From the NCBI GenBank assembly GCA_002104905.1, contig MCFE01000493.1, forward strand, positions 2,804-66,803: DNA of 64,000 bases, in the 5' to 3' direction. Numbering within the stretch: position 1 is the stretch's first letter; each line of letters starts with the position of its first letter. Shown here piece after piece: positions 1 to 11,947 of this stretch. Both the position numbers and the translations under genes were made by a program. The stretch is from Basidiobolus meristosporus CBS 931.73. Its lineage: Eukaryota > Fungi > Basidiobolomycota. The notes below the pieces were generated by a model. That model did not search any database. It saw only the letters and a list, made by a program, of their open reading frames with translations, and was not told where the DNA came from.

Positions 1-915
1 ACAAGTATAAAGTACTGTGTTATCTTCTGAGTGGCTCTTAGCTGTGTACTGACCAACTGTTGCTTGGTTGTATACTCCAATCAGGCTTGCAATTATATGC
101 TTCACTCCTTTGGCTGGCGGTAGAATCTTCATGCGTTGATTTTGCTAAATTTGTATAATACTTTCTCCCACTGTTTTGAGACTTAAACAGAGTGATAGCA
201 CGTCTAACAGCTCCATATTTAGCTCCTGGTACACTGGTTTCAGTATCAAAACACTTGATACAATTATAGCATTCTTCTAATGGATTGTGTAGTACATATC
301 CGTACTCCAGGTGGATATATATGTATTATATATCATTGGGATCCTTACAATTCAGGAAGCTTGTTTCTGAGATCTTTTTCCATCAGTAGATAGTCCAGAA
401 TGGCGGCTAACAGCTCCAGTATTTGCATTCTCAGCTGTATTTTGAATGGCAACAGATTTTTGGTAAAATCCTCCTCCGGCAATCATTAATAATGATGTAT
501 ATTTTTTTTTGCAATTCAGGATAATATCCTATCCAAGAGCTTGTCTAACAGTCAATTGGGGTCATATGAATACATATTGCAGTATATTTCATTGTAGATC
601 TGGACCCTCAATTGCTGGAATTACGCAATTTTCTTCAGTAGTGGTAGAGCACCAACATACTATATTTCTTGACACAATTACATGCCAGTTTGATTGACTC
701 TTCTTCATAACTAACTTGGATAGTTACTGAAGGCATCTTTTGAAGGCAAGGCCTTCTTCTCCACAGCAATATCCTCATAAACATAGTCCTTTAGCAGCGG
801 TAGTCTTCTTTAACCTTAGCAGAGCAATAGTGCGGAAAGTCTTTCTCCAGACTAGCAGAAAAGGATCCAAAGCATAGTAGACACCAAGAGGACAGCAAGC
901 TCGGGGCTCATAACA
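1..915 (-). mobile_element. Degenerate internal region of a copia-type LTR retrotransposon (family B)
   Basis: PBS-like GTTATGAGCCCC (minus strand, ~903-914) abuts the LTR at 916. The remainder is AT-rich, CpG-poor and has no intact ORF. Confidence 0.55.
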
Positions 916-1264
916 TGTTGCAATATTCTGAGGAGTATTGGAAGTGATGTGGAGAACTAGAAGATTTACATGTTATTCACTTGTAGATTTATTGATCAAA
1001 AGTATGGTATTTATACTTTTGATAAAGTAGAGGAAACAAACGTGTAGAGTTTGTTAAGGAAGGTCCCAAGAATATGTGTGCAAAGTTTGGGGTCTTTTGG
1101 ACGACTTTGAGAAAAATAATAATCTGGGTACCTGACAATTTGGTGAAAATATTCTAAGTAAATCCCGACAAGAAATCTAGTCAGGACAGAATGCTAATCA
1201 CAGAATAAGATCTATGTGACTAAGTTAGCATGAATATTTAGGTGACAATTCAATAATTACAACA
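916..1264 (-). mobile_element. 5' LTR of copia family B, inserted into gag of a family A element
   Basis: TGTTGCAA...TTACAACA termini. Homologous to 48987-49333 and 50898-51246. Family A gag sequence begins immediately at 1265. Confidence 0.85.
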
Positions 1265-2198
1265 CTTAATTCTTCATCCAGGAGCCTTCCATATATGTAA
1301 TTTAAGGTCAAATCTTCAGTTCTGGACTCTAGGGCTGATACAAGGCCCTGAAACTTGTCTGTCAGGCTATTCAGGATGGTAACTATCACATCCTCATCAG
1401 TAGTTGGTATGCCCACAGATTCCATCTCATCTACCAGCAGGGTAATTCTGTTAATTAGATTTTTCATTTCTTCTCCTGGCAGCATCTTTGTAGTAAAGAA
1501 TTTTTGTCTCAGATACATTTTCTTAGCAGCTGAACATGACTGGTAGGTGTCTTCTAATGCCTTCCAGGCATTCTTTGCTGTTTTTGCTCTTGAGCATTGA
1601 ATTAGCAATTTGTCTTTAACATTAAGGCAAATGCAGTTAAAGGCACTTTGCTCTTTCTTCTGGTACTTCAAGGCTTCCTCTCCCACGTTTTTAGGAGGGC
1701 ATTCTTCTCTCATGACAATATCTCAAACGCCTCTTTCTTGTAGTAGCATCTTCATCTTCACCTTCCACACTTGGTAGTTAGATCCATCCAACTTTTCAGC
1801 AGAGGGAAAAATTCCAGTAATAGCAGTAGTAGACATTGCAGAGAGTGACAGCTTGGGGCTCATAACCTGTTGTAAGAGTCTTAGAGGTATGGGAAGTGAT
1901 TGGGAGGACAAGTAGATGATGTGGTTTTCACTTAATGATTTATTGAATGTAAAAGTAGTATTTATACTTTTACCTGGTCTTGGCATTACAAACATGTAGA
2001 ATAGGGTAAGGAAGGTCCCAAGAACATGTGTGCAAAGTTTGGGGCTGTTTGGACAACTTTGAGAATTTTCATGTTCTGGGTAAATATTCAAAGTAAATCC
2101 CAACAAGGAATTTGTCAGTATTCTCTAGGATTTGAAGGTGATGATCTAAGTGACTAAGTTAGGTGAATATTTAGGTGGAAATACAAATTTTTACAACA
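1265..2198 (-). mobile_element. 5' part of copia family A element (gag fragment, PBS, 5' LTR 1868-2198)
   Basis: Near-identical to 46427-47376. Gag has a premature stop near 1723. PBS GGTTATGAGCCCC. LTR has TG...CA ends and a 17-bp deletion. Confidence 0.9.
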
Positions 2199-2239
2199 AT
2201 ATCATGCCTCAATTGGATTAGAATCATATGAATCTTGCA

Positions 2240-2676
2240 GGAGTGAGTTAGGAGTTTGTTATGTGACTTTTGGCAATATTGCAAATGATTAGGAGAACAA
2301 GCTGATTATGCGGTCTTCACTTAATTATTCATTGGATGTCATTGTAGTATTTGTACTTTGGGATGGTCTTGTCAAAACAAAGATGCAGAACACTTGATGA
2401 TTTATTGAGTGTTACTGTAGTACTTTACTCTAACATGGTCTTGGCAAGACAAAGACATGCAATATGTTTAGGAAGGTCCCAAGAACATGTGTGCAAAGTT
2501 TGGGGCTATTTGAACAACTTAAAATATTCTCACCAAAATGTCAGGTACCCACAGCATGAAATATTAATAAGCAAATCCTGGCAAGGAATTTGGTCAGAAT
2601 TCTCCAAGATTTGTAGACAATAATATAAGCAACTAAGTTAGGTGAATATTAAGGTGTAATTACAAAATTTACAACA
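2240..2676 (-). mobile_element. Diverged solo LTR relic
   Basis: Shares the LTR core GGAAGGTCCCAAGAACATGTGTGCAAAGTTTGGGGCT and the ...TTTACAACA end. Left boundary is approximate. Confidence 0.65.
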
Positions 2677-3107
2677 TATCCAACCACCAGTGTTGGTTGT
2701 CACAAGATAATAAAGCACATTTAACAAAGATTAAGACATACAAATCATCTGCGACTTGGCTTTGGGGAAGAGTTTATCACAATGACCATGAACCAATACT
2801 AAGTGCCCTTTCCACAACATGAAATGTGATATCTACACCAAATATCCATTCAATATCTACACCAACCAATCCATCCGATAGCAGATCGTTATAGACAGAG
2901 CATGTACTAACAGCTACAGCACTAGATATATGGACTCTGTAGTTAGCCCGCACCACACCGCTCCATGCAGACCAAACCCCCCAATCAAGAAGTGATGTAG
3001 AAAATGAGAAGATTTATTCGGATCACGTGGTGGTAAACCTAGATGGGAGTGTTAGCAACGGTAGGGAAAAGCAGGGATTGTTAGGAGGGGAGGAGAGGGG
3101 AGGGATC

Positions 3108-3182
3108 GATCCATCAGCAAAAAAAGCAAGTTGGAACCATGTGGTGTGTCTTAAAGACTAATCGTAAAACCATCATTGGATC
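3108..3182 (-). ncRNA. Box C/D snoRNA, copy A
   Basis: Box C-like AUGAUG (3176-3171), box D CUGA (3117-3114), and a 6-bp terminal stem GAUCCA/UGGAUC. The 12-nt CGAUUAGUCUUU is complementary to conserved LSU rRNA AAAGACUAAUCG. Confidence 0.75.
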
Positions 3183-3290
3183 ATGGGCGTGGATGTGAAT
3201 GGGACCGGATAGAAATGGATGGTTTACCTACGAGAAGAAGGGGTTAGCTTGGGTCGAGCTGGATAAAGGGTGGGAACACATCGGTTGGGT

Positions 3291-3358
3291 GCTCAGTGTA
3301 AAGTGCAAGTTGGAACCATGTGGTACGTCTTAAAGACTAATCGTAAAAGCATCATTGC
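3291..3358 (-). ncRNA. Box C/D snoRNA, copy B (paralog of A)
   Basis: AUGAUG (3355-3350), CUGA (3296-3293), the same guide, and a ~53-nt core nearly identical to copy A. The terminal stem is weaker. Confidence 0.7.
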
Positions 3359-3699
3359 TGCCGTGTGGATAAACAATACATTGATACCATCCACTCACCT
3401 GATAAACTCCCGAGCGTCTAACGGAACGTGCAGCAGAGAGGACGAGTGGTGGGGTTTTTATTCCATCGGGCAGGAGGGGAAGGGAGGGGAGGGGAGGGGG
3501 ATATAAGCCGGGGTGCCGCGCCATGATTGGCCCAGCTGACGAATGGAAGCGGGTTGGAAATTGTTGAGAGACCAGTAGTCACCCATTCGCAACTCGATGG
3601 GAGAAAAGAAAGGAAAAAAAAAATTCACCAACAGGAAATAGTCAGTCCAGGTGGGTTATTTATGACTTGCGTTTTTACGAACTGTGCACGGTAGTTACC

Positions 3700-5341
3700 A
3701 TGACTGAAGAGACCCCCAAAGAGACCGCCACCTTCGCTGACTTGGTACGCACCATTCAACCCACCCCCATGATCAACAAGGGTTCTAACGTTTGCATCAG
3801 GGTATCATTCCCCAATTGGTAGAAGCGTGTGAGCGCATGAATTTCAAGGCTCCTACCGAGATTCAGAGAGAGTCCATTCCCTATGCTATCCAAGGTATGT
3901 GCGAGTTTGAGCTCATCCCCGTCGTGAACCCACCGGCTAACTGTCCCCAAAAGGTCGGGACATTATCGGTTTGGCCCAAACCGGTTCTGGTAAGACCGCC
4001 GCCTTCGCGCTACCCATCCTTCAAGCGCTGTGGGAGAAACCGTCCGGCCTATTCGCCTGCGTCATGGCCCCCACCAGAGAGTTGGCCTTCCAGATCTCGG
4101 AGACTTTCGAGTCGCTTGGTGCGATCATCGGTGTTCGTTGCGCGGTAATCGTCGGTGGTATGGACATGATGTCTCAGGCGATCGCTTTATCGAAGAAGCC
4201 CCACATCCTTATTTGCACCCCTGGAAGATTGCAGGATCATTTGGAAAACACCAAGGGATTCTCCTTGAGAACCTTGAAATTCTTGGTACGTACGCGCTAC
4301 AGATGGCTTCGTGGTGCGACCGCCCCGCGGGCAACTGACTTTGAACCCTTCGATCGATAGGTAATGGATGAGGCTGATCGTCTCTTGGACATGGACTTCG
4401 GTCCCAAGATTGAGCAAATTCTGAAGGTGATTCCCAAGGAACGTACCACCTATCTGTTTTCGGCCACCATGACCACAAAGGTTGCCAAGCTCCAGAGAGC
4501 CTCTCTTCAATCCCCAGTCAAGGTCGAAGTGTCCACCAAGTAAGCGAACACACGGGCCAACGTTGCGACGAAGATCATATACTCACCTGTCCTTCCACTA
4601 CAACAGATACTCCACCGTCAGTACCCTTCTTCAATACTACTTGTTCTTCCCATTCAAGCACAAGGATTGCTACCTCGTCTACCTCCTGAATGAGTTGGCC
4701 GGAAACTCCACCATCGTATTCTCCAGAACGTGCAACGATACCCAGAGAATCGCCCTCTTGTTGAGAAACCTTGGTTTCCACGCCATCCCATTGCACGGGC
4801 AGCTCACCATGCAAAAGCGGTTGGGTGCGCTGAACAAGTTCAAGGCAGGCAGTCGAAACATCTTGATCGCCACCGATGTCGCTAGTAGAGGTCTGGACAT
4901 TCCCATGGTGGATGTGGTGATCAACTACGACATCCCCACCCATTCCAAGGACTACATCCATCGTGTAGGAAGAACTGCGCGTGCGGGTCGCGCAGGTAAG
5001 TCACTTACCCTGGTTACACAGTATGATGTGGAGCTTTTGCAGCGCATCGAAGCGGTGATCGACAAAAAGCTGGACGAGTTCCCGGTGGACAAGGACACCG
5101 TGCTGCTCCTACAAGAGCGTGTATCCGAAGCACAGAGAATCGCCACCATGGTAAGTTGCCGGCAGTCGTATCTCCAGGTGGCCCACCCATACTGACCCAG
5201 ACTCATCCACAGGAAATGAAGGAACTGAACGCATCCAAGAAGGGAGGGAAGCGCGGCAATGGGGGTGACGATGATGATATAGATCCTGCGCTCAAGAAGC
5301 TCACCCAGAGAAAGAAGGGTGCGAAGAGACAGCGTCATTAA
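3700..5341 (+). CDS. RRP3: DEAD-box rRNA helicase RRP3/DDX47 (multi-exon)
   Basis: [26 protein letters not shown] and [10 protein letters not shown] motifs across GT-AG introns. Lys/Arg-rich tail. Confidence 0.95.
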
Positions 5342-6392
5342 GCCCGCCAGGATCAGTATGCAAATAGAATTGTTTATTTAATTAAAAATTAATAAAATCG
5401 CCATGTGCCCATCGTATCTATCCCTGAAATATCGGTGCTCTGTGCTCGCTGGAGTAGGATGGTTTCCAAGCTGGATTCCACAACAGCAGCATCCTACTTT
5501 TCGCAACAAGGTGCAGCATCCCGCCTGAGATGGAGGAGCGGAGCCATGTTTCAGGCACTGAGGTGGACTTCTCGAAGGTCATCGTGCGCCTGTACGGTTT
5601 CTCCAAGGAGGGCCTTGACAATGGATCAGGAAGCAGGCTCCTATTATTGGCACCGTTCCCAAAATGAAATATGTGCCCCTCAATATGTATGGAATGGGTT
5701 ACTTTCACTATAATCGGCCAGTGAATAGAGCATTGTATGTGCACCAGAAAGAGTCCAATCATGCGACAAATTACGGTCCTGAGAAGCTGAGCAGCATGCG
5801 CTATAAATACGCTGCCTGGACATCCCCTCAAGGGCCACTTCACCACCGATAATGCTTTGTATCTCTCATCTGTTCACGTTCAAGCGCCACGCGAAATCGG
5901 TCTTCAAGCAGGGCGCAAGGTACAGCTGTCTCCAAGACCTAGACTACGAACCCTACACCACCGAGATAGCCCGTCAGGAGTTGGAATCGTTCATGTCCTC
6001 GCCAGCTGTGGACGCATACTCGGATGAGCAGAAGATAGAATTCGTGAGACTGGCGGAACTTCTAGAGCTTAGCTATCAACAGTTTGTTACTGGACCAAGC
6101 AACTCACAAGTCCTAACTCGCTAGCACCCGATATCCCTGGTTGCTTGATATATATAAGCTGCGGCTGCAGTGTGTATAACGTATGATACTTATCTAAAGG
6201 CTGACCATATCTCTTGCGGCATGTACATACCCAAATCTGCCCGTGTTAACTCATGGTACATAGAACCCTCCCCGCTTCATAGACTTTTCTAAACAAATAA
6301 ATCGACCTTGGTGTTTACAGTAGCTGCGCAGTTTATTAGCTTGGGAAATGGCAGGTATTCTATGACAAAACTGGGTGCTCACGGGGTGGAGC

Positions 6393-6713
6393 TTAGGCAG
6401 CGTACTTCTGGATCATCAGCTCCAGCTTCTTGACGTCAGCGCCGACCACCTCGTCAACCTTCTGGGAGTTCTTGAACACCATGAAAGTAGGCATGGCACT
6501 GACACTTAGTGGTTGGACAATGTTGGGAAAACGGTCGACGTCCACTTTGATAAAGTAGGCTTTACCCGAATACTTGTCGGAGAACTCCTCGAATTTTGGG
6601 GAAATCACCTTGCAAGGGCCACACCAGATGGCGTAGAAATCAACGATGATGGTGTGTCCGCTGTTGATGACCTTTTGGTATGCTTCGATGGAACCGATCT
6701 CAATGACAGGCAT
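6393..6713 (-). CDS. TRX: Thioredoxin (intronless)
   Basis: 106 aa with WCGPC, VDVD and AMPTF motifs. Confidence 0.97.
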   Translation of the reverse strand: MPVIEIGSIEAYQKVINSGHTIIVDFYAIWCGPCKVISPKFEEFSDKYSGKAYFIKVDVDRFPNIVQPLSVSAMPTFMVFKNSQKVDEVVGADVKKLELMIQKYAA

Positions 6714-6997
6714 GATGGGAGTTGTTTGAGGTTGGTCCCTCGGCGGAGTACTTTTTTATACGACCCCTCTTGGCCTTAATTAGCCATTGATCTCAGATCT
6801 ACGAGTGGCCATGATTTAGTCGTGCGTTTGCCCATGATTTCGATTACTAATCCGATGATACTTTGATGGTAGGTTCCTAATCAGGCCAGCCACTCTTGGT
6901 ATCCGATTCGTCCGTGGGGTTTACGAGCTCTTCCGAATGAGTCAAGAACTATTTTACATTTTGGTAATTGCTCTGGTCAGTTCTCAAGTGTGTTGTC

Positions 6998-8230
6998 ATG
7001 TCCGTAGATTTCAGTCACGTTTTGCCTCCTTCTTGGAAGACCAAGATTAACGAGTGGATTCAAGAAGATATTCCCTCCTTCGACTACGGTGGCTTCGTGG
7101 TCGGTGAAGAGGAGAAGGTCGCCATACTCTACGGTAAAGCTGAGGTAAGTGCTCCACTCCTGTCCATACTTTGCTACTCTGTTGCTTAGCGACATACCTT
7201 CCCGAAGGGAGTCTTGGCAGGTCGACCCTTTTTCGACGAGATATTTCGCCACTTCGAGTGCCGGTAAGTAGAGTCGGTTGCGAACTGGGTTTTCCTTTGG
7301 CTAAGAAGAGGTCTCTCGTGACAGCGTTGAGTGGTTGATACAGGAAGGCGAAGAGTTTCAGCCTATCAAGGAAGTCGCCAGAGTTTACGGTAAAGCCAGA
7401 AATATCCTCATGGGCGAGCGTCTAGGGCTCAATTTGATTGCTCGATGCAGTGGGGTCGCCACCAGGTACATACTTTTTGTGGTGTTTCGAGGAGGTTTTC
7501 TAAACCATGTGGCTAACACTGTAGAGCACGCCGTCTCGCTGATTTGAAGAAGGCTCACGGATATAAGGGGGTGATTGCCGGCACTCGTAAAACCACACCT
7601 GGTATGTTTCAATACTGACATGCTCGATGTTTGATGGGAGTAACCATGTATCTGTTTAGGATTCAAATTGATTGAGAAATACGCCATGCTGGTTGGTGGC
7701 GTCGATACCCATCGTATGGACCTGTCCTCCATGATCATGCTCAAGGACAATCATGTGTGGAGCCAAGGTTAGACCCTGCGGTAGGATACTTGGCTGGAGG
7801 GTGGGGCTGACTTCGTTTATGTAGGTTCCATCACCCGCGCTGTTCAGAAAGCAAAGTTGGTTGGGGGATTCTCACTCAAGATTGAAGTTGAATGTAGAAG
7901 CGAGGAGGAAGCCGACGAGGCCATCGAAGCCGGAGCAGATATCGTGATGTTGGATAACTTCTCTGCAGAGGGGTTGAAGGTCGCTGCCCGTAGTGTCAAG
8001 CAAAGATGGGCTGAGCGTGGTCGAACCGTTCTAGTGGAGGCCAGTGGAGGCATCACCGAGGAGACTGCAGTGTCCTACTTCTGTGATGGTATGTCTTATC
8101 CGTACATTGACTGTGCAGCACCGTTGCTGACGAGTTCGTTTACTCAGATATTGATATCCTCAGCTTGGGCGTTCTCACTCAGAGCGTGCCCCATATCGAT
8201 TACTCGCTCAAAATCAAGAGAGAGGCTTAA
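6998..8230 (+). CDS. BNA6: Nicotinate-nucleotide pyrophosphorylase (QPRTase), multi-exon
   Basis: [58 protein letters not shown] and EASGGI motifs. Confidence 0.95.
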
Positions 8231-8340
8231 TCTGCATGCATTACCTTTATTCGCAAAAAATAAAAGCATTCCAAGAGTATGGGTTATAATACAATTATCT
8301 TTATGTCATTGAGATGTGAGGAAAGGGGTCAGTTGAGCAG

Positions 8341-8939
8341 CTAGTAATAATACACGCCAAATGCCACAGCCACACAAAACAATGAATCCTAATCAAGGAA
8401 CTGTAAGTATGATGTGCCGCTGGTGGAGGCAGAAATTACTTACGTTGGTGAAGATGTCCTGGGCAACGTTATCCGTGTCAGCGTCCCACATGCATCTACA
8501 TCCCACACTTGAAAAAAATTAGTACGGCTATGACGACTGGCAAGAGCAACGCAAAGCATACCGTGCTGCTTCCCCTCGATTTTCCCCAAGGGTGACGTTC
8601 ACGATGTATTTGTAACGACTCAGCTCAAGTTCTAAAATATAAAAGAGAGATGAGAACCCATGCAATAGCCAAGGAATCTATACTGTGTACCTTTGAGTTT
8701 GTTTTTGATTGTTTCCGTGATGTCGGCCGTTACTTTGGATGCCTTTTCCGGGTCATAGGTTTGATTTTGAAGATGCTCCACCAACACCTGGTGGATTACC
8801 TTACTCACGACGGCCGGGCGAAACCTGAGAAACGGTTAACAAGGCGCTTTGAGCAGTTTCCAAACAGTGCTGCTTACTTCTGAGTGAAATTGGGGCGGAT
8901 GGAGACGGAGGCCTCTTGCTCCATAGTATCTGGCAGCAT
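8341..8939 (-). CDS. Tctex-1 family dynein light chain, TCTEX1D2/DYNLT2B-like (5 exons; missed by ORF track)
   Basis: Manual splicing gives MLPDTMEQEASVSIRPNFTQKFRPAVVSKVIHQVLVEHLQNQTYDPEKASKVTADITETIKNKLKELELSRYKYIVNVTLGENRGEAARVGCRCMWDADTDNVAQDIFTNDSLFCVAVAFGVYYY. All introns are GT-AG. Confidence 0.85.
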
Positions 8940-10172
8940 GGCTTGGTGAGTACAAGAAGCGATATTCGGCCATCATAATGCGCAGAAAGTAGGTATCACC
9001 CCCATTTCGAACATGATTTTGATAAATAACAATGCAATCAGCAGCAAACAATCTATCATCGAAATGGTAGTATTTGGTCAAGTTACCCAATACAATAAAG
9101 GAGCAGTGGGACAGTGCCCTGACTCAGGTTTCATCTTTTTTATTACCGTTCATTACCATTTGTCGATCAGCCCTTGCCATTGGAGTCTCTTTAGGGGTGG
9201 CGCTTGAATGGTCATTTATTAGTCTATATCTCATGTGGGAACACTCTGATAAGGAGATGCAGTAGGCATGGTTCTGGAGATGCAGTAGGTATGGTTCTGT
9301 ATTTTACATGCCAAACTGCTGCCGCAGACGGTTGAACAAAGGCTAAGCCACGACGAGAGGTAGTTTGAGACCATTGGTTACATGGATAGGGGCTACCTAT
9401 CTGGATCGAGAAGATTTAGTTAGTGTACCATACCATCAAGGCCTAGTATATTAAAATCACCCCTCGTCTACCATTCAATCTCCTCCAATCACCCCCCGTC
9501 TACCAGTCGACACCTCCAATGATACACCAACGTATCGCAACGTGGTCATTCTCTGCAGGCTATACATCTCGGGCCCCAACCACGAGGTAGAGGGAATGCC
9601 ACAGCACTTCCATAGAGTCATGTGTACACATTGGCATCTTTTCGCCAGATTCCCCTGATTTTGCCCTCCTTTCACCTTTGTCCATTCCCTCATTGTCTTA
9701 CGGAATAAATTGGTTTCAGTAAGTTGGAAGCTACCGCAGTGGAGTTTTCTTACCCTTTCGCCCTGGTGAAGTTTCACCAATGCATTGTAATACATGGGAG
9801 TGGGCAGTCTTGTGGGCAGTCCCAGGTGCTACTATAAATTGCTGGCGCTCTCTATCCACTGGCAGTTTGTACTATTGCTTCCCTTCCGCCATACAACCAA
9901 GAACCGACCAAATATTCATTCAAATTGACATACAAAGGGTGTGTAATCGATGCTTTACCAAATTGAAACTAACATTGTTGAATCATTCTAGCCAGTTCAT
10001 TGCCCACCCCCATAGCTTTCTGTTTCCCCAATAGACCTAGAGGTTCTTGCATCATCTCAACCCACCTTTAGCCTAGACACCTCCCCTTGCCGTCGACCAT
10101 TCTTGACGCGATCAATTGACCATTATTTATTTAGACTAGCAACCTCCCAATTCCATCCTACCATTACCACGT

Positions 10173-11947
10173 ATGAGTGAGAACAGAAAGGATCGTTTTT
10201 CCTCCCGTCCATTGGCTTCTTTCCAGCGTCGACCAAGTGATTCCGATCACTTTGATTTCGAGCTGGTGGATGCCAAACTCATGTGGGACGCCCTCCATGA
10301 TAATGACAACTCTTCCCTCCCCATTCATGTTGACCCAACCTCACTTTTCCTTCATTCTAAGCCTATGCCGCCGAGTGAAATGTAAGTAATTCTCCTGACC
10401 CGTTCCTCATGGATTGCGATGATTGATGGTCATTCAAGGAGTGAGCTCACAACAAGCTCAGAAAGTCATCCCAATTCTGATGCTGAATGTGGGGCTGAAG
10501 ACTGCCCTGAACCAGACCTCATTGCTCCCGCGCCAGACTGGATCAAAAGGTAGATTTTAGCGCTGTCTGCGTGTTTTTGTCGCCAAACTAAACAGTACGT
10601 AACAGCAGCAGTCATGAGGAGGTTGAGGACGAGGATGAGAACCTCCCTGAGATCGATGATATCGATCCAGATCTTATTCACTCGATGAGTGATATTGAAC
10701 CCATTGTGGCTGACGAGCCAACTCCTGTCAATAGAAGAGGGGGTTGGCTGAAGCTGATCCTGACATTGCTTCCGATCATATGCTCGGTTTTGCTGATCCA
10801 GATGCCTGATTCCACCCTGGATGTTCTTCTCACCACCTTGGAACGACATGGCCTCTTTCCAAGCTTGCATCAACAGCATCGCATGGACGCGAGCCCGATG
10901 CTAACGGAAACAATGTGCCTTGCCCCAGCATCAACCACTTTCTCGTATATGTTTTTGTCCGGCTGCTTCCATACCGAATGCGAGGTGGTTATCGTGGCCA
11001 AGGATCTCCGGGACAATCCAAAAAGCGCCGGTGGAGACAAGTTCACCGCCCTTGAAATCAACCATGAGTACAACAGCTCCTTATCTGTATATGACATTCA
11101 AAACGGACGCTACTTGGTGAACATACCTCGCACCACTCAAAACCCCGAATCCATCATTCATGTGTCGTTGACAAGTACCAGGAAGGAAATCAGCAACTCC
11201 CCATTGACCATCACTTGGCCAGTGGTTGAGGTGGTCCCGAGAGCTGACTCTTTGATAGTGGATGCGCAAAGTGAGGATGCCGATCAACCATATGATCGTC
11301 ACGTAGATACCACTACATTGCCAGATACTGAAGTAATGCCAGACGCCGATCCAATGTCCGTTCCCTCTGAGCAGGATTATGATGTCCAAGAATCTCCAAC
11401 TGATTCCGCGGTGCCACAAGACATAGCGGCCATCGAGGTTCAAGAACCTACGCATGTTGCAGAGGATATCCCCGAGCAAAGCTTGGTTACAGAGCCCCAG
11501 CACCTCGACTTTGAAGACCAAGATGTTGAGCTACCTCACACTGTTACTGATAATTATGACCCAGATGTTAATCAACTGCAGGGAGGGGACCGTTGTCCGA
11601 TCTATGCTCTTAATTGTCACCTGCGCCGCTCTGATATTGGTGCCAAGGTCAAGGTTGTGTACCATTCCGTACTGAGCGTCCGCACCAATATTCGTAACAG
11701 CATTCTGATTCTGTTGGACCACCTGAGTGGCGTGGTTCACAAACACCTGAAGCCTGTTGCCGGAAATTCGATATCCCACGTTGTCAAGGCAAGACATGTG
11801 ATTAGGGAAACCATTTTCAATAGTGTGGGCAAAGTAGGCAAGTATACCAAGACTGCAGGAAGGGTTATTACTACTTGGAGGCAACATACAAGAAGAAGCA
11901 TTTCAATTATTGGGGATAGAATCAAGCGACTCTTTCGTCGGGCTTGA
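10173..11947 (+). CDS. Hypothetical membrane protein (probably 3 exons)
   Basis: 420-aa ORF open upstream to an acceptor near 10595, with an upstream ATG exon 10173-10381. One hydrophobic helix (LKLILTLLPIICSVLLI), an acidic linker and a basic C-terminus. Confidence 0.6.

Larger units (their letters stand above)
3010..3470 (-). ncRNA. Putative non-coding snoRNA host gene with two introns, divergent from RRP3
   Basis: TATA-like 3501-3506 and CCAAT 3526-3530. Donor CAG|GTGAGT at 3399/3398. Branch GCTAAC 3248-3243 with TAG|GTAAAC at 3228/3227. Branch GCTAAC 3056-3051 with TAG acceptor at 3039. AATAAA at 3018-3013. No long spliced ORF. The TSS is approximate. Confidence 0.7.

Noticed and set aside
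9252-9299. Two-copy 24-bp tandem repeat (GGAGATGCAGTAGGYATGGTTCT)
   Set aside because: A simple local duplication with no further structure.
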